Shown here one piece after another: positions 25,901 to 34,491 of a stretch of DNA of 64,000 nucleotides (its first letter is position 1; the number at the start of each line of letters is the position of its first letter). Made by a program: the position numbers and the translations under genes. The notes below the pieces were generated by a model that ran no database searches, was not told where the DNA came from, and saw only the letters and a list, made by a program, of their open reading frames with translations. The DNA lies in the IMG/VR virus record IMGVR_UViG_3300020048_000012. One strand, 5' to 3'. Source of the stretch: a virus.

Positions 25901-27409
25901 TTACGCAAACATCTTAACGAATTTCATCCATTCTGTCTGAGAACCACCTTGTGATTCAACACCTGCACGAGTATTAAGACCACGAACCAATGAACGTAAG
26001 TTAGCAGTCTTATCCGAAACTTTACGAGAACGTAGAACTTCGACGACTTCCATACGAGCAGCAGTATCAAGAGGATAATTTACATCCAATGGAATCTTAT
26101 CGACGATCTTCAACATGAAGTCATAAATTTCTTCGTTAGTTGGATCAACGTTAATAACGAATCCACGAGTACGAAGAGCGCCGTCTGGATCTAATTTATT
26201 GAGTGACATATTAGAAATGAAGATAATCTTACCCGTGAATTCGAAATAACGAGGTAATGTATCATTGTCGCCATCTTCATCATACTCTGTTGGATCAACA
26301 AAGTTCTTGCCGCCTTTCATCCATGAAATTTTTCTGCTTTTCTTTGTATCAGATGCAGCTTTAAATAGATTACGACCTTCTTGATCGGCTAACGCAGAAT
26401 CAGAGTCATCGAACAGGACAATGTCTTTGCGGTGCGTATACAATATGCGATAAATGCCAGTTGGAGTGGCAGAACCAGTGATTTTAAAATATCCTTCGCC
26501 ATCTGATTTGCCTGCTGCATGTAGCATGTCTTCGACTGTTTGTGTCTTACCCGTACCACCTCGACCACCAAGGAAGATCGCGTTGGTTGCATTCGACATC
26601 AATAACTTCATACCTGTCTTAAGAGCATCAAGTTGCTCTTCGTATGTCATACGATCTAGATCTTGAGTAGAAGCACCTTCGACCTCAACTGTCTCTGTCA
26701 CGCCTGGAGAAATATCAAACTTCATTGAACCTTTAGTGGCGCTCACGGCAGCTAAAATCTTATTATGATCTAATTTTGCTGCATCATCAATATCGATGAT
26801 AATCGACGTACCCGACTTCTTAAATAAATTTGGGTAAAGATCCTTTGCCGCCTTCTGCACTTCATCCCAGCGAGGACCGTATTTCTTTTTGCCGCCAGCG
26901 GCGTATTGCTGACGCACTTGAATTCCACTCTTAAACGCATTGATAACGTTAGCAACAGTCTTGGAAATTTCTTGTTGCGTGTATACGGCTTCAGTCAAAC
27001 GATTGTCATTGTCGTTTTCGACATACACACCCGATTCAGTCACTTTGCCATCAACAAAGTCGACAATAAACGGTAATACTGTTGCTAACGATTGTGTTTC
27101 ATCGAATTGGATATGACGACTTGGGCTTGGTTGGGGCGATTTGCTTCCATCCCAATAATCGATCGATGAAAGGCCTGCCGACATTTTAACGCCTGCGCGT
27201 GTCCAGTTCAATCGCACAGCTTTATTGCCTTTTACAAAAAACTTAATGCCGACTTGATTGGAGCCATTGCGTGAAGAAAATACTTCAGGCAATGGAAAGA
27301 AATACGTCTTACCAAGATGCTTAGTAAAGTACTTATGAATTAAATTGGCAGCCTTAGGAAAATCTGCTTGACGAATCGCTTCAGTGACATATTCTTTAAA
27401 TGTTATCAT
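25901..27409 (-). CDS. AAA+ ATPase with large N-terminal domain, CTS-like start
   Basis: Walker A GGRGGTGKT, Walker B VLFDD, IIFISN, R-finger LRTR; start MITFKEYVTE. Confidence 0.8.
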   Translation of the reverse strand: MITFKEYVTEAIRQADFPKAANLIHKYFTKHLGKTYFFPLPEVFSSRNGSNQVGIKFFVKGNKAVRLNWTRAGVKMSAGLSSIDYWDGSKSPQPSPSRHIQFDETQSLATVLPFIVDFVDGKVTESGVYVENDNDNRLTEAVYTQQEISKTVANVINAFKSGIQVRQQYAAGGKKKYGPRWDEVQKAAKDLYPNLFKKSGTSIIIDIDDAAKLDHNKILAAVSATKGSMKFDISPGVTETVEVEGASTQDLDRMTYEEQLDALKTGMKLLMSNATNAIFLGGRGGTGKTQTVEDMLHAAGKSDGEGYFKITGSATPTGIYRILYTHRKDIVLFDDSDSALADQEGRNLFKAASDTKKSRKISWMKGGKNFVDPTEYDEDGDNDTLPRYFEFTGKIIFISNMSLNKLDPDGALRTRGFVINVDPTNEEIYDFMLKIVDKIPLDVNYPLDTAARMEVVEVLRSRKVSDKTANLRSLVRGLNTRAGVESQGGSQTEWMKFVKMFA

Positions 27410-27455
27410 TTCACTAACCCTTTGAAATTTGTGTATTAAACTATTTATGTAGCAA

Positions 27456-27962
27456 TTATTTTATCATGTATCCAGCAATAAACTTTGCTGGCACTGCTGT
27501 CTTAACTCGTAATTCGCATAGCTGATAATATTGCTGATCATTTTGTTTCCATTCATCATATAGAGTCTTATCTAGTAATCTATCTTTATGAGTCTCATCA
27601 TTACCACCGAGATCTTCATCTGCATGCTGAGTAATCCATGCTTGAGGAATGTCAAATACAATAACAACTCTCTTATTCTCTGGCACAGCAAGTGCCTTAG
27701 ATTTTGCTGCAACGAATCGAGCTTCGCCGCCCATGACAGCAAATGCTCGAGCGGTAAATGGTTCGAACGCAAGAGAGAAGAGCTTTGTTCTTGGATCGGG
27801 CACGCTTAATCCTGTCTTAGCAAAACCTTCGAGATTATCGATGTTTGTGCCGTGATACATACGAAGTTTCTTTGCATCTTTCCACCAACCAATCGTTGGA
27901 TTAGCATTCCACGGAATTTGCTTTAACGCTGCAGCTTCACTAAACTCTCTGAATGATATCAT
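27456..27962 (-). CDS. ADP-ribosyltransferase-fold protein (candidate), CTS-like start
   Basis: MYHGT...GL...FSLA.EP..A..FA...IVFDIP...CELRV; start MISFREFSE (ATGA overlap with the upstream gene). Confidence 0.55.
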   Translation of the reverse strand: MISFREFSEAAALKQIPWNANPTIGWWKDAKKLRMYHGTNIDNLEGFAKTGLSVPDPRTKLFSLAFEPFTARAFAVMGGEARFVAAKSKALAVPENKRVVIVFDIPQAWITQHADEDLGGNDETHKDRLLDKTLYDEWKQNDQQYYQLCELRVKTAVPAKFIAGYMIK

Positions 27963-29188
27963 CGCGTCCAACCTTTCACTATCGTTGGATCGAAATTCGC
28001 TTTACTGAATTCCATTCTATCTACTATCTTAACGGCGCCACCAGTCAACTTATCAATTGCAACAAATCCTTCAACGCCTGTTACTTTAAATCCATTTGGA
28101 GTCTTTAAGAATGTATTGATGTTGCCTGCTTGATTCATCTTTGCGATGATCATATTTTTTGCTTCAACCATAATGTTCATAAGATCAAAGATCGATGCAA
28201 TCTGATTCTTGTCGTGATGAGCAAAGAACGAAAGAATCTTTTTACGAATGTCTTCTTGCTTACTCTTTCCAGCTTCAGTCTTTTTCTTCTCGATCTCTTT
28301 TTGATACTTATCATAGATCCAGTCAAACAATTGCTGGACATGAGCATGTGTATCAGTGATAGTCTCTGATTTTCTAATCTTTGAGTTGTTAAATGTATTG
28401 ACTGCCATCAAAAGATCTTCGTCTTTATGAATAGCGTTAAGAGTCGTTGCGTCCATCATTTGAAATAGAGTGCCTACTCTTGTAAGAACTTTATTCAATT
28501 CTGCTGTCTCTGCAGCTGTGAAAGTAGCGGTGCCAGAATAGTCTTTGTACGTTGCATCATCTTGCCAGACGTAAGGCAATTGATTGAATCCATCTACGAT
28601 TGGTTTACCGAATGTAGCGCGCATTGTCTCAAATGAATCGCCTGTGTATGATGTATGCCACACTACACCGATCTTACATGTTCTGATTCTCTTACCAAGT
28701 GGAGAATCATATGGCACTGCGTATACAATCGTGTTTGGATGGAACGTAACGTATTTCTGATCATCGATGGTTTGTATCTTCTTATCACTAGTGAACATTA
28801 AATCACCTTGATACACACCATGTTTAATGCCAAGCTTAGAGAATTGCTCGAGTGCAACTTTAAACTTAGTAGCAAGATCGCCAGATAACTCAGAATCAAT
28901 GTCTTCATCTGTCTTGTATACTTTAGGCTCTTTATTGAATACGCCCTTCTTAGCAACAAAGAACTTTCCATCTCGTGGATCGATGCCGGCAAAGATTGCA
29001 GGAGCTCCGTCCCACTTAATAGTCGCTACGTTCTTCGACTTACTATTGCCGGCAAGCATATCGCGTAGATCACGTAGGAAGTTAATTGCTTTACGAGTAC
29101 CATTGACACCTTCGTTGAAGATCAAGTCCTCAACGTGAGTCATATGCACATTCTTCTCTTCGTTGAGAAATTCTTTTAAGTTTAACAT
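27959..29188 (-). CDS. ligase-like covalent nucleotidyltransferase-fold protein (conserved T4-like hypothetical), CTS-like start
   Basis: KWDG (motif I), QGDLMF (III), EGFV (IV), VKIV (V); start MLNLKEFLNEE. Confidence 0.6.
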   Translation of the reverse strand: MLNLKEFLNEEKNVHMTHVEDLIFNEGVNGTRKAINFLRDLRDMLAGNSKSKNVATIKWDGAPAIFAGIDPRDGKFFVAKKGVFNKEPKVYKTDEDIDSELSGDLATKFKVALEQFSKLGIKHGVYQGDLMFTSDKKIQTIDDQKYVTFHPNTIVYAVPYDSPLGKRIRTCKIGVVWHTSYTGDSFETMRATFGKPIVDGFNQLPYVWQDDATYKDYSGTATFTAAETAELNKVLTRVGTLFQMMDATTLNAIHKDEDLLMAVNTFNNSKIRKSETITDTHAHVQQLFDWIYDKYQKEIEKKKTEAGKSKQEDIRKKILSFFAHHDKNQIASIFDLMNIMVEAKNMIIAKMNQAGNINTFLKTPNGFKVTGVEGFVAIDKLTGGAVKIVDRMEFSKANFDPTIVKGWTR

Positions 29189-29189
29189 A

Positions 29190-29921
29190 TTATTTGAGAA
29201 ATGGATTTAGTTTCTTAGTTCCGGGTTTCACGGAATATTTACTATCTGGCATATTCATAATTTTAATTTCTGCTTGCACTTCATAAAATTCTGATCTAGT
29301 TGAAATTCTAACTTTAAAATCGCCGACGCCCTTTAAGAGCGGAATTCCGGCACCAAGTTTGAATGGATCTTTTGATGAAATTTTATAGAAATCATCACCT
29401 GCTTGCATGTAATACGCAGGTTCAGCTTTACCTAATGTGTAATGATCAGTGACAATCTTACCAAGATCCATTCTTTCCTTATTAGCGATATATCGATTAA
29501 TACCGGGTTGAGCAAAAAACCTCTTCATTGTCTCCAATGGGACAGCACCAGGCTCTTTCAAACCACTCTTCGTGGTTGGTATTTTAATATCTTTGAATGG
29601 AATTCCACAAAATTTCGCAAGAGCCTGAAGAAATGTTTTTGTCTTAGGATCTGCATTAAGAATATCGATCGCAGCTTTAGCAGATGGTGTCTTATATGTT
29701 GTTTGCCAGATGCCACTGTGATAGTACACACGTGGATTTGATAAATTATCAGTATGATTCATCTTTACCTCCATCCATGCAGTGACGCTTTTATACGTGA
29801 TTTTTACGTCGGCGTACGCCGTATCACCTGGAGGACGTACGGATAGCACACCCGGAATCTTATTCACGTTATCTGCTACGTCTTTTTCATACTTGTCTGA
29901 TACTGCACTCATAGTTTCCAT
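29190..29921 (-). CDS. PD-(D/E)xK nuclease-like protein (late)
   Basis: E near the N-terminus, ADVKI...WMEVK pattern; late promoter upstream. Confidence 0.55.
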   Translation of the reverse strand: METMSAVSDKYEKDVADNVNKIPGVLSVRPPGDTAYADVKITYKSVTAWMEVKMNHTDNLSNPRVYYHSGIWQTTYKTPSAKAAIDILNADPKTKTFLQALAKFCGIPFKDIKIPTTKSGLKEPGAVPLETMKRFFAQPGINRYIANKERMDLGKIVTDHYTLGKAEPAYYMQAGDDFYKISSKDPFKLGAGIPLLKGVGDFKVRISTRSEFYEVQAEIKIMNMPDSKYSVKPGTKKLNPFLK

Positions 29922-29943
29922 CCATAATAGTTATCACCATCTA

Positions 29944-29951
29944 TATTTATA
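29944..29951 (-). promoter_or_regulatory. T4-type late promoter
   Basis: TATAAATA heading the 19-30 kb late cassette. Confidence 0.75.
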
Positions 29952-29959
29952 ACAAACGG

Positions 29960-29981
29960 AAAGGGTCCTGAAGGACCCTTT
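29960..29981 (-). terminator. intrinsic terminator hairpin
   Basis: AAAGGGTCC-ttca-GGACCCTTT right after the stop of the C5-MTase-like gene. Confidence 0.7.
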
Positions 29982-29982
29982 A

Positions 29983-31173
29983 TTACAAAAATGACTCTAA
30001 ACTCTGAGGTGGATCGAAGCTTCGCATCTCATATGTCTGATTGTTATTGAATTGATATAGAAGATCTACATTCAACCAATCTCGTTCACCGTTGAGCACC
30101 GCTTTAATCTCATTGGCCATGTCAGTTGCAGTCGTAACTGGAACGTTCTGACAAATGTGATTCAGATTAGCTTTAGGATTAAGCAACTCGAAATCATATG
30201 GAAGAGCCATAATGCTCATGGCTTCACGATAAGTGATGTAGCGATCTTCGTCAGGGTGAGTAAGATACATTGGCATATGACCAACGAAAGCACCTGTATA
30301 TCCTTTACCGATCACAGAGTATCGACGCATGATGTTTCCGCCCGCATCAAGCTTATCTTGAATTCCATCAAGCTTTCCTGCGATCTTATCATATCCGTTT
30401 GCACTCATCCACTTCTTTACATCACGATATGACACACCTTTGTTTTCGATGTACGACATCGTATCAACTGTCTTCTCAATCATATTAAAGAAGTCTTGAT
30501 GAGTAATTCCACCATGCATTTCCTCAAGAATATAACGATAGAATGGATCATCCTTCGAAGGAGTCTTAGTGTTCGTGAGTTCGTTTTGAGTAAGACCTTT
30601 TGGAATCTCGCGTAGAAGTGTTTCAATAGACTTGCGTGGTTTATCGAACCACTCGAATATTGGAACTCTATCACCTTGCCAGAAGAAATAGAAACTGCGT
30701 TCTCGCACTTGACTCAGTCCATGCAATAGTGACTTAGTTCTATAAATTGACATCGTGTAACCATTGTCTCGCGCAATGGCATGTAACTTCTTTACGATAG
30801 GTTTTCCCATCTCGCCTGCAAACCGAGGGGCATTTTCGCCCCAGAAGACTTTAGGCTTCATCTCTTCAAGAACATACTTCGCAGTCGTAGTCAACCAATC
30901 GTTAACTGCTGCGTCCGAGTTAGCCGATGGAGATAGAGAAGACAAACCTGCGCATGGGCAGACGCCATTCACTACATCTACATGGTGTGGATGACGCCCA
31001 CCCTCATCTAATAGAATATATGGTACATTCTGCAAGTGATGCACTAGGTGCGAATCGTTATTGCTAAATGGTGAATATGATAAAAGATAGTCTGGTTTAG
31101 ATCCAAATGAAATCATCTGCCCTATAGTTTCTCCGCCAATCAATGGTACAATTGATGCATGCGTAATATTCAT
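29983..31173 (-). CDS. C5-cytosine DNA methyltransferase homolog with divergent SAM-binding motifs
   Basis: Motif IV CPCAGLS, VI GENAP, VIII QVRER, IX HP..RYITYREA; motif I reads SIVPLIGG and motif X reads HICQNVP. Confidence 0.8.
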   Translation of the reverse strand: MNITHASIVPLIGGETIGQMISFGSKPDYLLSYSPFSNNDSHLVHHLQNVPYILLDEGGRHPHHVDVVNGVCPCAGLSSLSPSANSDAAVNDWLTTTAKYVLEEMKPKVFWGENAPRFAGEMGKPIVKKLHAIARDNGYTMSIYRTKSLLHGLSQVRERSFYFFWQGDRVPIFEWFDKPRKSIETLLREIPKGLTQNELTNTKTPSKDDPFYRYILEEMHGGITHQDFFNMIEKTVDTMSYIENKGVSYRDVKKWMSANGYDKIAGKLDGIQDKLDAGGNIMRRYSVIGKGYTGAFVGHMPMYLTHPDEDRYITYREAMSIMALPYDFELLNPKANLNHICQNVPVTTATDMANEIKAVLNGERDWLNVDLLYQFNNNQTYEMRSFDPPQSLESFL

Positions 31174-31760
31174 TGAATTTCCTTGTGCTTTCTTTTTATG
31201 TGAAGAGCTACATTCCCGACATTATTTTCGAATTCGCAATGTGGACACTTTTTCATTTTATGAATAGCATTTAAACATTTTTGTTTCTTAATTGGATCTG
31301 CCATGTGCTCGATTGATCTCTTTTTGCGTAATTGTTGCGATTCTTCATCAGAGTAATAGTTCTCTTTAAACGATTCACCCTGCTTCTTTTTTAATTCTTC
31401 ATCTTTCATTCTTTCGCTCTGAAACATCGATCTAAATTTAGATACAGCACTGGCGCTTTCATCCCAATTGTATCCAACTCCGCCTGCGGCTAAATTCCAT
31501 CCTATATTTTCATATGGTCGAAGTTTATGTTCTAGTTCATAACAATATAACATATCAGCATAGCATAAAATCTTAACATGATCATCAAAATTTATTTTGT
31601 TAATTCTGATGATCGTATGCATATGTCTAGATGAATTCTTATGACCAACAAATCGGCGTCTAACTCCTCTTTTGGAGTTAGTGACACCAATATAACCATG
31701 CTCTAGAGAATTTGGATACTCAGGATTGATGATATGATATACCATCCATCTTATTGTCAT
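31170..31760 (-). CDS. GIY-YIG homing endonuclease-like protein
   Basis: WMVYHI...GYIGVT...RRRF..H...ELE...GWNLAAGG; C-terminal CPHC; ATGA overlaps on both sides. Confidence 0.8.
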   Translation of the reverse strand: MTIRWMVYHIINPEYPNSLEHGYIGVTNSKRGVRRRFVGHKNSSRHMHTIIRINKINFDDHVKILCYADMLYCYELEHKLRPYENIGWNLAAGGVGYNWDESASAVSKFRSMFQSERMKDEELKKKQGESFKENYYSDEESQQLRKKRSIEHMADPIKKQKCLNAIHKMKKCPHCEFENNVGNVALHIKRKHKEIQ

Positions 31761-32962
31761 AGATTTTCTTTGATTTGATTCATCATTTCTTCAAATACAT
31801 ATTGTGAATCTTGATGAGATTTATAAAATTCGAAAGCTTGTTCACGGTATTCATTACGCATAACAGAATCTTTCGATAGCTTATTTACCAAATCTAGAGC
31901 GGGTTGCATATTGTCATCGTCTAACCAAATCGTACCCGTGTCTTTGCAGTTGATAAGTCTATCACCGTATTTGCGGTGAGTGCAACGTTCGCCGTATGCT
32001 TTACGAAACACTGGGACTACGCCGGTGCATGCAACTTCGCAATGAGTGTATTCAATGCTACGTTCGATGAAACGCTCATTGAGTAAAGACAACTGATATC
32101 CAAAGCCAGATTTGCTCATACGTTCAAGCATCTGATCATTAATGAATGGACCAAAAACATACACCGGTTCGTTCGATTTGAGATGAACTGTGTTGATATC
32201 TTGATCGATCATACCATGAAACTCTGACAGTTCACGGAATCCTAGATACGCAGGCGATTTTTCGATGCCTTCGAATGTAGTGATGTAACCATTTGGACGA
32301 AGAAATTCGTTATGGAATTTGAACATCTGAACATAACCTTTCCACGAAGTAGTGCGACCAATCCATTTGTGATAGAGTGGAGCAGTTTCATCGATGGGTT
32401 TCCAATACTTAGCACGAACAGAATCAAAGTCCATGCCGGGTTGGAAGTTCAAGATCTTCTTAGAATTGTCTTCTTCGAAGAAGTCTGTTAAGGCGCCACC
32501 ACCAGTTGAAGACTCGACAAGACGAGCAAAATCATTGTTGCGACTATGGCCAAAAAGAATATCAGCTTTTGCGATAGACTCGTCGATTGCAGCATTGCGT
32601 TTAATTGACAGCGAAGAGTGATCATGCTGGACGAGTACAACTGGTTTAGTGACTTCATTTAGAAACCTCTTAAATTGAATAATAGAATTCTCGGGATGAC
32701 CGGCTGATGGAAGACTATTGATGATGATAACATCCGATGCATTAGCGCCATCGATCATCTTCTGCATTTCTTCGGGTTTAGCGAATTTCAATTGAACTAC
32801 GTGCGCCACGTCATGTGCATTCTTTCGAGTCCACGATTTATCTTTTGACGAATAAACAGTAAAGTCATGACCATTCTTTGCAAGCCATTTAGTCTGCTCA
32901 ACTGTAAATTTTGTGACACCACAACCTTCGATGCCACGACCCATGATGATAGCAATTTTCAT
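31757..32962 (-). CDS. a-gt: DNA alpha-glucosyltransferase
   Basis: GRGIEGCGVTKF..EQ..W..KNGH...KDKS.TR, QHDHS..S..RN, WIGRTTSWKG, EYTH.E match recalled T4 alpha-gt. Confidence 0.92.
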   Translation of the reverse strand: MKIAIIMGRGIEGCGVTKFTVEQTKWLAKNGHDFTVYSSKDKSWTRKNAHDVAHVVQLKFAKPEEMQKMIDGANASDVIIINSLPSAGHPENSIIQFKRFLNEVTKPVVLVQHDHSSLSIKRNAAIDESIAKADILFGHSRNNDFARLVESSTGGGALTDFFEEDNSKKILNFQPGMDFDSVRAKYWKPIDETAPLYHKWIGRTTSWKGYVQMFKFHNEFLRPNGYITTFEGIEKSPAYLGFRELSEFHGMIDQDINTVHLKSNEPVYVFGPFINDQMLERMSKSGFGYQLSLLNERFIERSIEYTHCEVACTGVVPVFRKAYGERCTHRKYGDRLINCKDTGTIWLDDDNMQPALDLVNKLSKDSVMRNEYREQAFEFYKSHQDSQYVFEEMMNQIKENL

Positions 32963-33435
32963 TATTCAGACACTCCTTCAATGTATTCTGTAGTCGGCGT
33001 GTATGGAAATGTCACGTACACACGACTTTTACTGCATGTGTAATATGACTTGAATTTCTCACCATCTTCTTCATTCGTGCACCAATCATAGAACACTTTG
33101 CCTTGAATGTCGTAAGCACCGTCTTCATCTTTAAACACATGACTGCAACGTTTGTTTTGAAAACAGACTTTACCTGGACTGTATTCAGACATATCATTCC
33201 ATTCCCAATCTTCGCCCGTCAATGGAACGATTGGCTCGAACTTTGCAAGCTTAGCGAACAAATTAATCGCGTACGGCGCAGAAGATCCAGAATGACCCTC
33301 GCCGTCGAACACTTTCAATAGAGCTAAGACGTGTTCACAGATCATCTTCTGCATGTCGTCTGTATAGTTGTCAGTTTCATCGATCCAACCTGCAGCGCGA
33401 AATTCATTCAATGCATGTGTTTCATAGTTACTCAT
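32962..33435 (-). CDS. conserved hypothetical phage protein
   Basis: GHSGSSA...PLTGED.EW...QNKRCS.VFK pattern seen in many phages. Confidence 0.7.
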   Translation of the reverse strand: MSNYETHALNEFRAAGWIDETDNYTDDMQKMICEHVLALLKVFDGEGHSGSSAPYAINLFAKLAKFEPIVPLTGEDWEWNDMSEYSPGKVCFQNKRCSHVFKDEDGAYDIQGKVFYDWCTNEEDGEKFKSYYTCSKSRVYVTFPYTPTTEYIEGVSE

Positions 33436-33793
33436 AAATATAGTCCTTACAATGTTTTACAATAGTTTTTTCAAATGCTTTATCGTTCAATAGACGATTC
33501 AACGGCGATGGATGCGGCATCTTAAAATGTGATATGTTTGCTTTATCGAGTGCAGTCGAAACAAATCCACCCAATGCTATAATTTTATCATAATCCTTTG
33601 ATAATGTACATAGCCTTTTGTAATCTATTTTAGAAGTTCTTGCTTCAGATGGATCATCGAATGTATTGACAAATGAGAAGTATTTGATTTCGCACTGTGT
33701 CATCCATTGTTCTAATTTAGAAAATGTAGCATTACGCTTATTTTTCAAAGTAGGCTTAGTCGATGGATTCATTCCTACAACTAGAACTTTCAT
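33428..33793 (-). CDS. uracil-DNA glycosylase-like superfamily protein
   Basis: VLVVGMNP (motif A-like), IIALG, MPHPSPLN (motif B). Confidence 0.65.
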   Translation of the reverse strand: MKVLVVGMNPSTKPTLKNKRNATFSKLEQWMTQCEIKYFSFVNTFDDPSEARTSKIDYKRLCTLSKDYDKIIALGGFVSTALDKANISHFKMPHPSPLNRLLNDKAFEKTIVKHCKDYIYE

Positions 33794-34045
33794 TCAATTC
33801 CTCGAGTCATTTTTATATAAGATAGAGACTAACATAATCGCTTCATAGTGAAGTTTTATAGTAGTTTTTCTCACTGAATCTAGCATGCAATTTTTAATCA
33901 GACTTTCTTTTGTATTAGGATTAACATCAGGAAATTTTATGTCATGAATAATTTTAAATGAGTCGGAACATGATTGAATTGCTTCTCTATTTTTGTCCCA
34001 TGCTTTTTGATTTTCTTTATTAAATGTTTTCATTGTGTATAGCAT
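33794..34045 (-). CDS. hypothetical protein
   Basis: 83-aa ORF filling the gap inside the operon. Confidence 0.45.
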   Translation of the reverse strand: MLYTMKTFNKENQKAWDKNREAIQSCSDSFKIIHDIKFPDVNPNTKESLIKNCMLDSVRKTTIKLHYEAIMLVSILYKNDSRN

Positions 34046-34047
34046 CT

Positions 34048-34491
34048 TTATGAAATGAACTCATATTCTATTTCTGCCTCATCTAGCATATCACATGTGT
34101 TCTTCCATGAGGCAGCCCATGTTTCAGGCACTTCTTCATCGACTCGACAGATGATCTTCTTTGCACCGATCTGAATCAAACCCTTTGCGCATTCACTGCA
34201 CACCGGCAATCCATATACGTATATATGAGAATTGTCGAGTGAGATTCCACTATGACATGCATTGAAAATCATGTTCATTTCTGCATGTACAACGTACTTA
34301 TATTTCGTAGGACGATCGTTCAATCGTCTTGGTGTATCGACGATGCCACGAGGAAAGCCATTGTAGCCTCCGCTCAAGATAATTTTCTTGAATGGATCGA
34401 CTGCAACAGCGCCAATTTTACGAGATGGATCTTTGCTAAACGTAGAATATTGTTTAGCAAATTCCATGAAACGAGAATCCCAAGTGTTCAT
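34048..34491 (-). CDS. cd: dCMP deaminase
   Basis: SKDP..KIGAV, GYNGFPRG, HAEMN, PVCSECAK. Confidence 0.93.
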   Translation of the reverse strand: MNTWDSRFMEFAKQYSTFSKDPSRKIGAVAVDPFKKIILSGGYNGFPRGIVDTPRRLNDRPTKYKYVVHAEMNMIFNACHSGISLDNSHIYVYGLPVCSECAKGLIQIGAKKIICRVDEEVPETWAASWKNTCDMLDEAEIEYEFIS

